Origin: Paragordius varius
Taxonomy: Eukaryota > Animalia > Nematomorpha
Length of the DNA stretch: 64,000 nt
Reading direction: 5' to 3'
Assembly (NCBI GenBank): GCA_964247055.1
Contig: OZ176052.1
Span: 5,952,001 to 6,016,000 of the forward strand
Shown here: positions 52,001 through 64,000 of the stretch, piece by piece
Position numbering within the stretch: position 1 is the first letter of the stretch
How the letters are laid out: every line of letters begins with the position of its first letter
The notes under the pieces: generated by a model
Told to the model about the DNA's origin: nothing
Database searches by the model: none
Seen by the model: the letters and a program-made list of their open reading frames with translations, nothing else
Program-made: the position numbers and the translations under genes

Positions 52001-55000
52001 CCTTCCAACATGTATTTAAGGTATTTGATTTAAATAGATTTATTGCTTCCATTACATAAGATATTCCTTGATTTTATAGTTTTTTCAGACATCTATGATA
52101 CTTATATTATCATCTTTTATTCTTTATAACACAAGTCGACAAATTTGGACATTTTTGAGCGCCCTCTCAAAATTTTAAATTATGATTAATTTCAGTGTTT
52201 TAAAACCGAATGTGAAAAAATTTTTGATCCCGCCAATCAGAATTTTGAAATGTTATAGGTTTTTTAATTTTTCAAAAACAAGAGAAAATTGAGAGAAAAT
52301 TAAATATAACTTTATAATAAAATGTTATTTATATTATAAACTTAATATCATTTATTAAAGCGTATTAAACTCTATCTTTTTAATATAAATATGTCATTTA
52401 AATATCAGAGAGAAAAAAATAGTACAGACTTAAACGTCAAAATTTAGTCTTTTTCTTTCAAGTGAATTTTTAATACGTATAATAATTTTTTAAAAAAATA
52501 CTAAAAAAGGCATTCTATGGTTTCAGATAGGCTATATTTTTTTTGTTAGTTTTCGTTCTTTCGAGTACTTATTAGGCTTTTTTTTCTTGAGTTGGTTCTT
52601 ACAAAAAATCCTTTATTTATACCTAGTGGATATACTTTATTTTTTAAAATTATTGGTTGTTTTGTATTTTTTGTGTAGCCACTTTTAGTAGAATTTACTA
52701 TTATGGGATTGGACCATTTGTATATACCTAATCTTTTTATTCAATTTAATTGTAGAATTTATCTAACTTTATTCTGTGAATTGGTTAATTTGACATGTCA
52801 ATTTGCCTGGATTTTGATTGCAAGTCTCTTTTATCGGGCTTTACGATTACTTATTGTTATCTTTGCCATATCTGGCATAATTGGATCGCTTGGGGGATAT
52901 GCAGAGCTTGTGCAGCCGCCCGGATCTATCACACTATACATAAGCTCCTTTTAGATTTTTAATACTTTGGCTCTTAGCTTGTTTATTATCTTATTTAATG
53001 CCTAGAATTTTGTTATTCATGCATGGAATATTACTTGTATCGACTTGTTCGTTTGAATATTTAAACATATGTACCCGAGGAATGATTGTTATTTTTAAAT
53101 TAAATACAAATTTAAAAATTAAATTTCTGAAAAATTCTATTGGTGGCCTCAATTTTCTTTTTTGTTTTGGCCTTTCCATGCCATTAGGTATCAGAAAATG
53201 CAAAAATAATGGGGTGGTGCAAAACCTTGTTGAGCAGTGTAATGTATTGAAACCAAAAATTTGTGCAAAGCTTCTTCAAAGATTTCCCTCATCTTAAAAA
53301 CTTATTGTATTTAATAGTAAAAATATTAATTTACTATTTAGTTGTTCCATATCAGCCGGGCATTATCAAATATCAATAATATTTTAAGAGCCAAACCCAT
53401 ATCATCCAAATATGTTTTGACTTTGGGGACAAAACAGTCGGAGAACCAGGTGTTAAATAGTGATTTATATATTCAGGCCTTTTTATTAGCCATCAAACAA
53501 TTAGAAAGGCTACTAAAATACATATTTTTAAGAGCTCGAGGGTGTAATTATTGATTATTAGTTGTTTGAGCATTTTAGCCCCAGATATTGAAACATAAAA
53601 AGTAATGTTATTTATTTCTTTGATTAAGATGCATTTTTGCCATGGTAAATAGGCGTAAAAGGTTAATTTTACAGGGCTTGGAACCGGTTTAAAAAAAGTG
53701 GAACCGGAACCGGGATGGTTCCTTAAAAATTTAGCGGTTCCGGAACCGCTTCTTTACATTTAGAATCGGTTCTATTTTCGGTTCCCGACTTTTGATCAAA
53801 TGATTTTCTTACAAAAATATTATAATAATAATACAACCAAAATATTAATAATTATAAATCAAACAATTTATTAAAAATTACCAAATGTATAGTTAAAGAA
53901 ATATAGTGTAGCATAATAAATGAAATAAATTATAAAAATACTAGCGTAAATCTCGTGCTGCTACACAGCCCGAGGAAGTCCTTCGAACTTCTAAGGGGGG
54001 GGGGGGCTATTCTAAAAAAGTGATCAATAAAATGATCCATATATGTGGATTACGAACATTATTTAATAGCTATGATCTCTTAGGATTTTCAAAACGGTGC
54101 ATTCATATTAATATATTGTGTACTGGTGTAAAAGCCCCAAAATGACGGCTATCGGAAAAAACTGCTATACTATAATTTTTACCTTTTTATGGGTAAAATT
54201 TATAATCCTTTATATAACTCGTATGGCTTCTTAGGTTTTTTGAAAATTTTCTCCTAAGCCACACTTTTTTTGTATGGCGTCTCAGTTTTAAACCTGTAGA
54301 CCCCTACCCATTGGCCTATATAAGAAAAGCGCTTAGTTAAATGTTTTGCCTTTGTAGGGAAAATATTTTTTGTGACCATCGTCTCATGGGTTATTCGAAA
54401 AAATACCTCAACACTAAATAATCGTTATATGATGGCGTATTTTTATAGCATAAAGGCCCCAAATTAACGGCTAATAAATTTTTACCTAGTTACGGGTAAT
54501 ATTTCGAACTTTAAATGAGCTAATATGGCATAAATATTTAAATTAGTTCCAAAACCGCAATATCTATATAGTGGCGCAGCTTTTGGTGGCTAGCTTCTTA
54601 CCAGAGGCAGGATCATAATTGATTCCATATGCTCTCATTAGTTGGAAAAATTGCCTCAAAATTAAAAAATCATTCTATGGTGGCGCATTTTTCAGGGCGT
54701 GAAGGGCCTAATTAACGGCTAATTTTAAAAAACTACACGACCTAAATTTTTGCCTTGTTACGGGTAATATTTTAAGCAGCTTTTGAACTCATATGGCCTG
54801 ATAGGTGCCCCAAAAGCACGCTATTTTGATCTGGTCAGTTTTTAGCGGGTATCTCCTTACCAAGCAGCTATCATCAAAGAAACGCTAAAATTTTTTGCCT
54901 TTTAACAGGGAATACCAGGAATCCTTATTGAATTTTTACGGTCTCATACTTTGGGCAAAAAGGGGGAGCGGGTAAAAAGAGGGCCTAAATTAAAAAAGCG

Positions 55001-58000
55001 AGCCGACTATGTTCGGCGCAATCGAAAATAAGTAAAAAAAATCATATTGGTTCAACACGTTTTCCGGAAAATTGTCTTAAAGACACGATTTTTTGTGGAA
55101 TTCTGTTTGGGGGCCTAATTCAAAAAAAGGGTGAAGCTATTGTCAAGGCATTCATTAATGATTATTTTTTCGACATTTGGATTTGAATGGGTATACCGGT
55201 TTTCCGGAAACAGATCACAAAGCCACTTTCCATTTTTATGAATACATAGATAATAACAAAATATATAAGTTAAGTATAGCATCTTAAAAAATCTTTATTT
55301 AACTTTAAAATTTTTTTGCACCAAGCATTTTGCTGGTCAAACAGCTTCTCAGGTCTGAAAATAAATTAAGGGTTAAACTCCATTCAGCGGAGACCTATAT
55401 ATACGAATATATGTATTATAAATAAACTTTAGTTATGACTATTTAGAACAGCCGAATGGCCCAAAATTCAGAGAGTTTCGCTAATATGATAATTAGGCCC
55501 TTAGTTTTAGGTTTGAATATGTAGTGGTACAATGAAATTTAATAAAATAAAATTATTATAATAAAAATCTGGGAACCAGTAATTAAGGGGGTGGAACCGG
55601 TTCCGGTTCCAAGTTCTGCTAAATATACATTATATATTTATAAATATAATTGGCTTCTAGACAAAATATCTGATCCATGACTCTTTTGTTAAACTTTTTT
55701 ATAGGCAGTTGCCGCACAAAAGAGGACAAAAAGTCTATATCTTTATGTAAAAAATGTTAATATTGTATGACAACTGATATTCAAAAGTAATAGACGAATC
55801 AGGACAGCTATGCGCTCTTTGAAAACTTTGGGGCAGATATTTAAGACAATTTATTATAAAATAAATGCTTGTTAGATAAAATACTCTGTCGAAAAAAATA
55901 CAAACACTCAAAGTTTGTAGTAAACCAATATTTTAAATTACCATTTACAAAAAACTTTAAAATGATCATGCATCTTTGAAAATATTTAAATATTGAATCA
56001 GTCAAATTTATTACCTTAGGTTTCAGTTCCATAATAATTTTACAGAAAAGAACTTCCGATTCACTTTATTTTTTTATTGAAAAATAATGGATAAATCTAA
56101 AATATTAAAAATTTGAGGATTTCTTTAAAAAAATGCTTCTTTAATAAAATGTTTTATCTTGAAAAATATAATAACGTATAAGTACTAAAATATGCATAAA
56201 AATAATTAAACTCGGTAACGGAAAATTTCATAAAAAGTAATGGTTCGAGTTTAAACCTAATAAACCTCTCTTAAAAGCTGTTGGCTAATTTTTTCACTCA
56301 CATTACTATAACGACAGCCCTTACTGACCAATAATTTAATTGGCTTAAAAAGTATGATGTATAATTGTTTATTTTCATTAGCATATTTATAGTACATCTT
56401 GTATTGGCCATTTGGCAATAGAGTAACATGTGAGAAAAAACAAAAAATTGGTCAAATTTAACAATTTTTCTTATCCTACGACATTAAAGTTGCATGTTTA
56501 ATTATGGACAAAATATGCTTTATAATTTATAATAAACGCTAATATATTGCAATTGGCCTACATTAAAGTGGAAACTGATATAGAAATTGAGGAGCGAAAA
56601 TAGATGGCGTCTGTGCGCAAAAAATAACATTAGTCAACAAATTTTAACTTTTTTTAACTGCCATTCTTGTAAATTTTAAATTTATTTCATTAAAGTACAT
56701 AATTAGTATATCTGAAAAGAAAATTGGTCTAGCATGCAAGAATTTTTTTATATTACAGTTTATCAATAATTTTTTGCCCCGATTTAACATTAAATCCGAA
56801 ATTTCGAAAATTTAAAGTTTTAGATATGAAGCCATGTATTTTATATCATTCGAAAGAGCGCGAAAAACTGCATCTTTTAAATGGTAGTAAGACATTTAAA
56901 TCAATCGGATGTAAAAGTTTGGATTTAAATGGTCGAAATTTTCAATCCTTATATAAGTCAAGAATTTTCACAGACAAACTAATTTGAAAATCATATAAAT
57001 TATTTTAATATAATTATTAGGGTTATATTAGTATTTAATTTAAAAAAAATGTTTGAAAAAGCTTTTGGTTTGCTTTTTTAATAAAAATTATTATTATCAT
57101 AAATATTTTACCCAGTGGATACTAAAATGCATAGTTATAACTGTAAATTTATTACATAATGGCTATAAAAGATTAAAAATACCTTAAACTTTGTTTTTAT
57201 CTTTATCGAAATTATCAGCCACGTAAAGAAAATAAATTAATATTGATGAGATGGTACTTTTTAAAAAACAAAAAACTTAAAAATGGCTGTTTTGAGTGAC
57301 ATAAAAGCAATAAAAAAATGTTTTAATCAAAAAAACTTTCTTGTGTTATCTTTTTTGGACATTCATCACCATCTAAACAAAGTTTAAGCTATTTTCATCC
57401 TTAGTTTTAAAAATATAATAATTAAAAAAAGTGCTCTCGCTTCGCGCGTTTGTCGCTCTTTGTGTCCAATATTAACTGTCGATGTGATACATATTAGTAT
57501 GCATTTTATAAAGTTTTTATTACTCTTTCGAATAATATATTACAAATGGGCATTACTTGTATATTTTCAAAGAAAAACATTTTTTAGTAAAATTTTGATA
57601 AAGAGGGCGCATAATCAAAAAAATTAAATTATACAAAATTCTTTCATCGGGTTATAATTTTTATTTCAGTTTTACTGTTAGAATGATACTAAATATCAGA
57701 AAATGCAAAAAACTCGAGTGGCAGAAAAATTTGTTGTTCAGTGTAATCAACAACAAAAATTTTACAACTGATAAAAATGAAAAATCTAACAACCAACAGA
57801 CATGTAATTTAAAAACCCGAAAGGGTTAATAATAACTCTCATTACTGAATTATTACCAAAGTTTATAATTACATTGCAAATAAAACTAGCTTCCCCTAAA
57901 GAATTTTAAAAATTATATTTATCAGACAACATTTTGTTTCAATAATAAACATTATATATAATTTATAACTTTATTATTTGGGTTTAAATAATTAATTTTA

Positions 58001-60108
58001 AGGATAAATGTTATACCATTTTTTCAAGCACAGACATCATTTTTTCATGTGAACGGCTTGAAAAAATTGTATTTGGTTGAAAAAATGTTATTTGTTTGAA
58101 AAATGTTGCGTTTGCCTGAAAAAATGTTTTTGACTGAAAAATGGTATACCAAAAAATGACTAAAATGTAGCGCCATACATGCCGTAATTTAATGTATGCC
58201 TGAGACAATCGGCTTCACAGATTTATAGATTTTATGGTGTCTATTTTTAAAATGTAGGGATTAAAAACTATGTCACATTGATACCAGTTAATCGCAAAAG
58301 TTATGCGTGAAAACATATAAATTGAATTCTGGTTTTCTCAATCAAAAATATCTCTGTATCCGACATATCGTGAAATATTATTCGGACAAAAATAAAACAC
58401 ATAATTGTTCAGTAATGAATGTAAATATTGGTTGATTTTAACTGATATTTTCTTTTCTTCTCTTAACTGTATTACATAATAAGGATATGCATATGTTACA
58501 ATCTCGATTTTAATTTTATAATTAAAAAAAACTTTTCACTTATAAGACCACTACCAAACCCTTTACTAATCATTGTAACTTTAAATGACGTATTTAAGGC
58601 TTATTTTGCTGTGTAGTTAGCAGCTCTTTTAATCACCTCCATATTAACGAATATTATCGATCTATTCTCTCATTTATCTTTTATAAGATCACTCACTATT
58701 GCTGCATTCCAAATTCCAGTTGTAGCTTATTTTTGGTACTTACAAACAAATTTTATAAAAATTGTGATGTATATCAAAATTATTACTTTACATGGAACAA
58801 ATTATTTGTTCTCAAAAAAGGATATGAATTTTTCTAGCATAATGTCTGATCCATTGAGTTTATAGTTCATAATATATTCATAATGGGTTAAAACATTTAG
58901 CATCTTTTAATTTTTTCGACATAGTTTTCTTATTTGTATTTTCTGATTTTGACTAAATATAAGTATTAAAACAATTTCCATAAGCCCTATAACAAGTATT
59001 ACCATTTGAATCCTGACACTTTGATAATCTAAAAAAGCGTTTAATTTTTCTATGGTTTGAGCTTATTTTGTTGAACAATGTTATTTAATTTATTATTTAT
59101 TGCTGCGCCGCTAGAAGTTTAACTTAGATGAGAATATTGACAATTCCATTAATGGCATTTATCAAATAAAGGTGACCTTACCATAATGGTCTTATCAGAA
59201 TAAATGGATATTTGAAAATAAGAAAAATTTATAAATACTTTTCTATAAATTCGATGTAATTTTTAGGTTTTGTCAAAAAAATTTAAAATTCATAAATCAA
59301 AAATTTCAAATCAAACTAATTAATTAAAACAATAATTTTTTATATTTTATTCTTCTCAAAACAAACTTATAGTATCAGTTATCGATTAGAAAGTTTTAAG
59401 CCCGATTTAGTTTGTCTTATGGTGAGTCCCCGATTATTGTTGCTATTTTAACTGCATTATTTAACTTAATTGATTTTTGGATCGTTTCTACCCATCTCAT
59501 TTGACTTCTTCCTTTCCTGACATGAGTGCTAGTAGTACATTTTTTTAAGAAATTGTTTAATTATTATAATTTTAATATTATCGTATGATTAGTGCCAATT
59601 TCGAGCGAAATTTATTTTACAGTGAGTTTCATTAAATTTGATTCGGAAGTTACTTTATGTAGGATTATTTACATAAACCAAAATAATTTCATAGGTACTT
59701 ACCATATTCCTCGCTTATTTAGTATTTTAATTTTTGTATTACATGTCGCATCAAAAATTATGCATACATCTAATTTATGTTTTTCCAAATACAAAAAAAA
59801 TATAGCCACTGTTTTTCTTTTGCCCCCTAAAATATGCTTGCATTATGAAATGCATTTTAATTTTTTATGCTCTGTAATTTAAAACAAAACACCAATGTTG
59901 CTAACCAAAAAGTTTATGAAAATGTGCATTCATTATTATGTAACTGCTAGTTCCAACATATGTATTAAATTTATGCCCATTTAATATTTTAGATTTGGAC
60001 AATGACATAAAACACGTCACAAACTGGCTGAATGAAGTGGAAAGGGATGTAAATTTTATTATGGAAAATCACAATATGGACATGCTCAACAAATATTATA
60101 ACATAGAG
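49026..60108 (+). CDS. Spectrin-repeat protein (dystrophin/utrophin/nesprin-like), 3'-partial
   Basis: Phase-consistent exons 49026-49562, 49704-49832, 50936-51134, 59993-60108. Helix-C-like AKVTEVCAKWDLVLQWLEKH is followed by helix-A-like DLDNDIKHVTNWLNEVE (cf. dystrophin LDVDITELHSWITRSE, recalled). An in-frame TAA lies upstream of ATG 49026. No stop codon is reached within the window. Confidence 0.72.
51830..53600 (-). mobile_element. pogo/Tigger DDE transposase remnants (two pieces, ~53290-53600 and ~51830-52130)
   Basis: PRALKN...MANKKA*IYKSLFNTWFSDCFVPKVKTYLDDMGLALKILLIFDNA, and downstream ISIIDV*KNYKIKE...TLNTCWK. Both are characteristic of Tigger/pogo DDE_1 transposases. Confidence 0.8.
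53672..55618. mobile_element. Family C hAT-like non-autonomous element with a nested Helitron
   Basis: Inverted ends CAGGGCTTGGAACCGG / CCGGTTCCAAGTTCTG with GGAACC repeats. No clear TSD is visible. Confidence 0.7.
53941..55250 (-). mobile_element. Non-autonomous Helitron (1310 bp)
   Basis: On the minus strand: 5' A|TCTATGTATTCATAAAAATGGAAAG and 3' imperfect hairpin CTGTGTAGCAGCACGAG then CTAG|T. Inserted between A and T without a TSD. Confidence 0.88.
56628..57743 (-). mobile_element. Tc1/mariner-type family E, complete inverted copy
   Basis: Reverse complement of 43154-44272 along its whole length; ends TTGTTGTTCAGTG|TA. Confidence 0.85.
58050..58146. mobile_element. MITE family I end
   Basis: Tandem TTTG(G/T)(T/C)TGAAAAAATG units ending AAATGGTATA. 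Confidence 0.55.
59400..59530 (-). mobile_element. Short RTE-like 3' fragment
   Basis: Reads GKGRSQMRWVETIQKS (cf. RTE GRxRMRWxDxI). Confidence 0.45.
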
Positions 60109-60947
60109 GTTAGTGTTGTAGTTTGTGTTTGCATTAGTTTTTCTATTTTAACTAACTAAAAATTTTTTGCTCAGTTGGTGGCTTACTCTAAAAAGTATGA
60201 CTTTTAATATTATGTATATACCTAATACTATGTAAAAAATCGATTATCCTCTTACATTACATGTATATTTTGACAAAGTTTCAAAGAATCATTATATGGC
60301 AAATTTTTTATACGTATATTAATACGGATGTGTGCCATTTTTTATAAATCAGTGTTTTAACCTAACAGTTCATTTTCGTTTGTAGTAGTTTTCTAACCCA
60401 GAACGACTTTTAAAATAAATTATTTCCATTTATGATGTAAAACATTGATGCATTTATGACTTTTTAGGCGTAAACAGTATTTTTAATATGTGCAAATTTT
60501 AAAAAATTACTTATCAAACTTTTACCCGCCAATTTTTCGAATTTTTTTGAATAAAAAAAACTGGCAACAATATATTATGGTTCTAAAACTAATTAGAAAA
60601 TAATTTTGATTTTTTGGTTGCAAGTTTTTTGAATTTTATCATCAGGTTTTTCCAATGGTTTAAGTTCTATTTTAGACTCTAAATTTACATAACTGTAAAT
60701 GTTAAAGCTTGTTATAGTGAAAATACCTTAAATATTTATTTTTTTTACAAATTTTATGTTTTGAGATTTTTTAACCTAAAATGTATTCTTATTCAGAAGT
60801 TGATTATTTGTTTATGTAATAAAAATTATTTTATTTTTAAATAACTCCAAACTTTTTATGAGTTTTATCATTTATGTTGACTATCGATTGTAACATATTT
60901 CTTTGTCAGATCAATCCACTATAATAATAGAATCATTCCCTCTAAAC

Positions 60948-61233
60948 CAGGGAACAAATGGCTTAGCGAGCCGCATTTTATATATATAAACGAAGATCAA
61001 ATATTTTATTATATTTAATTTATGTTTAACCCGTTGGCAAAATTTTGAAAGATATATTCATATTTGCCTGCATTTTTTCAACAAGTTATGTTTATCTTTA
61101 TAAAAAATTGAATCGCTTATCTAAAGTTAATGATTTATTTTTATAATTTTATTAAGATATTTTTAATCATATAATATAGTATTTATAAGGTTTTTTTTTA
61201 ATTTATTGGAGGGCAGCATGTTAAACAACCCTG
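60948..61233. mobile_element. hAT-type MITE
   Basis: CAGGG...GAGCCGC at the left and ...CAACCCTG at the right; flanks CTCTAAAC / CTTTAAGC (6/8). Confidence 0.55.
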
Positions 61234-63121
61234 CTTTAAGCTATATATTAATATATGCTGTATATACTTTCGTAACCTCGGATAAAATAATTAAGATTTT
61301 TTATTGAAGGGGACCCTTATTCTTATACCTATTAACTTTTCACCTTTTATTAATTGTGACAATTATATTTTATGCGCAATTATTTAAATTATTTTATGAT
61401 CAATAATTTTATTAGTTAAGTGAAAAGAAATCAAGTTTAAATCAACACTTTTTGTCTGTGTGTGGTCACTAACCTAAATTTTATCTGTTTATCTTTGTCG
61501 TATTATATTAGTTAGAATGCCGCGATTTTTAGGTCATTGGTTTATATCGCAAAAATATTAACAAAATTGAATTAATATAGTTAAAGTGTACTAGATCAAG
61601 GTTAATGTAAATTTGTTTTATTAGTTGTGTTTGCATATACATTTCTATATTTACGCATCAATTAAACGCATGATAATTTTATGAAACAGGTTGCATTTAT
61701 AAAATACATACATACATATATATACACAGTTGAAATAATAATTATATATAATTTTTAATTTTTCCTATTTTTTTGGTGCTCTTCCGATCATTAAATTACA
61801 ATGCCATCTTATGTCCATTATGCATATTATGCACGCGATGTGGCCGCTACGGAATTATAAAATCAATATATTTATTAAGGTGCTGTAAACATTTTCTTAT
61901 GAATTTTCCTTATTCATATGGCACGTGGGCAAAAAGGGCGTTTATTTTTTAATCTTACTAATTCCACTTTTATTGATCAAGTTTAATTTTTGTTTTATTC
62001 ACATCATTTCCGTATCAATGATTCTTTTGAGAGAGAAAAAATTGAAGGTATATATATTTTTTTTAAAGTTTAATTCAAAATATTATACGATAACAAAAAT
62101 CGATATTCAAGTGAAATATAGAATAATTTTTACGATGGTCAATACACTCTTATCTTATAACTTTGTGAAGAATCACTATTGGAAAGATAGATATAATTTA
62201 TCATTTAAAAGTTTTTAAATTTATACACATATCTCTTATGCAACATTTCATTATATTTGAAACACAATTTATCAAATACAAAGATGATATTAGGCTGTTT
62301 GCCATATCAGAGGTCATTTCTAAAGTTGTTGAACCGTAACAGATTTAATACCAAGCCCAAGGTGTAAGCACCACAAGATATATTTTCAGTAAATGCGTAT
62401 TTAAGAATAGTTATTTAAGCACTTTTATTAAATTTCGTTGGAACTGGTGTCAATGGTTAAATATTTTTTGGTTTCATTTTTGATAAAAATCTAAAAAACA
62501 TATCATAGTAGTTTTGAATTATCTCGGGTTCTTTAATGTATTGTGCCATGTGAAATGGGTATCGTACATCCACATATCGGTTATAATCGCTATTTAATCC
62601 TAAAATATGCAATCGATAAAAGTCAAAAAAATGGGAACGGATTTTTTACTCATTACTCGCAAAATTGAATATTTTATGAGTTTAAAATTATTTCATGTGC
62701 TGAACCATTATATCTGATGGCTAAATTATACCATAGTTAAGGGGACATAGAATTCGAAATTAAGTATTATCAATCTTCGAAATCCATATACCTTTAAACT
62801 TAAATTGTAAAATTAAAGTGAATATCAGAAAATAATTAATTAATTTTACAGATACTAATAGATTATCCACTTTTTCTGTTTTCATATTTTTGTTAAATTT
62901 GGATACAAAGTGTTTGTCATGTTGGAAAATTTATAGGATTCAAAATTTTGCGACCTCCAGGTTATCCACCAATTGATACAACTGGTATTATTTTATAATT
63001 AAAATAATAATTTTTAACTTTTGTGGGATCTTACTTTTTTTAATGATTGTATTAAAAGATAGTTAGTTCCAAACTCGGCTCTTCATGACGAGTACCATGT
63101 CTGTTTAATGTTTTTCTACAG

Positions 63122-63395
63122 CAGAGGTGTCCAAATATCACATGCGAAAAATTTGCCACAAATTATCAAAATATGCTCATGAAATCATAATAAAATTTGA
63201 TATTTACAATTTTTTTAAATAAGTCTATCCGATTGGCAAGAACTAGAAAAATTTGCAATATTGTGATAGCATTTTACATTTTTATGCTTGAAATCTAATT
63301 AATTCCTTATGAATGCGCATATATATTTTGAATGCGGCCCTTCAGTTTTTTGTCAAAAATGCACCCCGCGAAGCCATTTGTATTGGACAGCCGTG
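63122..63395. mobile_element. hAT-type MITE
   Basis: CAGAGGTGTCCAAA...GCGGCCC...TTGGACAGCCGTG inverted ends; the 3' part is shared with 5410-5690. Confidence 0.6.
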
Positions 63396-63559
63396 TTCAA
63401 AACGATTTAGATTTCTGTCATGATCAATATATTGTATTATAAATTTTGTGTCCTGTGATTGAAAAAATCGATTTATAAATCAATTTTGTGATTTGCGATT
63501 TAAATTATTAACTTACATAATATGAGAAAAAAATATATCAGAGAACTGCAGAAGACAAA

Positions 63560-64000
63560 TCTATATATTTATAAAAATGGAAAATGCTGGCTTTGTGATC
63601 TGGTACCGGAAAACCGGTAGACCCATTCAAATCCAAACATCGAAAATATATAATCATTAATGAATGCCCCGACAATAGCTTCGCCCTTTTTTTGAAATAG
63701 GCCCCCAGTTCGGGCCCACCCCGTGTGAAAAACGGGTTTTTGTTGAAAACACAAGTCCACAAAAATTGTGTCTTTGAGACAATTTTCCGGAGAACGTGTT
63801 GGACCATTCAATTTCAAATATAATTTTTGTTTACTTATTTTCGATTGCGCCGAACATAGTCGTCTCGCATTTTTTGATTTAGACCCTCTTTTTACCCGCT
63901 CTCCCCGTAAAATTCCATTTTTTTCATAAAAAATCCACAAAAATAATTTTTTAAATCTATTTTTCCCCCAAGTAAACAATATATTAGTTTGAATGCACCG
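63560..64000 (+). mobile_element. Helitron, same family as 53941-55250 (runs off the window)
   Basis: A|TCTATATATTTATAAAAATGGAAAATG 5' end. About 350 bp are colinear with the reverse complement of 54950-55250. Confidence 0.88.

Noticed and set aside
52700-53290. ORFs 52703-52954 and 52998-53297, and a possible further Penelope fragment on the minus strand
   Set aside because: The plus-strand ORFs lack homology cues and the minus-strand similarity is too decayed to support a call.
29351-54006. Poly-G/poly-C tracts (about 29352, 32689, 53995) as G-quadruplex elements
   Set aside because: They are single homopolymer runs, mostly within or near TE ends; there is no evidence of function and homopolymer lengths may be assembly-inflated.
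57430-57450. GTGCTCTCGCTTCG resembling the U6 snRNA 5' end
   Set aside because: The match is short, lies inside family E (also present in the other copies), and no ACAGAGA box or downstream U6 sequence follows.
58500-59250. Possible L2/CR1 3'-end remnant on the minus strand (..TTGIWNAA..)
   Set aside because: Only one weak motif, which is insufficient evidence.
61776-61789. GTGCTCTTCCGATC, a 14-nt match to the Illumina TruSeq adapter end
   Set aside because: The terminal T and the rest of the adapter are absent and the flanks look genomic. It is either coincidence or a tiny assembly artefact, not biology; raw reads would settle it.
4657-63979. Most remaining short ORFs in the six-frame track
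   Set aside because: They are microsatellite translations (YIYIYI), antisense shadows of real exons, or TE non-coding sequence, and they lack splice-consistent context.

Overview
Very AT-rich eukaryotic (metazoan) genomic DNA read in the standard genetic code. No prokaryotic features, rRNA, tRNA or CRISPR were seen. The first ~26 kb is a tight cluster of intron-containing genes that I spliced by hand: an OST-alpha/SLC51A-like gene (+, 5'-partial, apparently with a ~630-aa C-terminal tail), presenilin (+), APC2/ANAPC2 (-), AP-3 mu (+, head-to-head with APC2, start codons 74 bp apart) and ALG13 (+). From ~26 to 49 kb is a gene-poor transposon nest: a decayed hAT element with intact TIRs and TSD, an RTE LINE split by a 5.9-kb hAT-bounded insertion, Penelope fragments, several MITE families and a 1-kb palindrome. 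From 49 kb a spectrin-repeat gene (+, 3'-partial) starts, with an 8.9-kb intron holding pogo, hAT-MITE, Helitron and Tc1-type elements. The most striking property is bimodal intron size: 21-29-nt GT-AG micro-introns at the 5' ends of the housekeeping genes (and apparently in a transposase 5' leader) beside TE-inflated introns of 0.2-8.9 kb. The organism cannot be named from the sequence alone; introns this short are known from reduced parasitic animals such as dicyemids. All gene models are manual predictions without RNA support.
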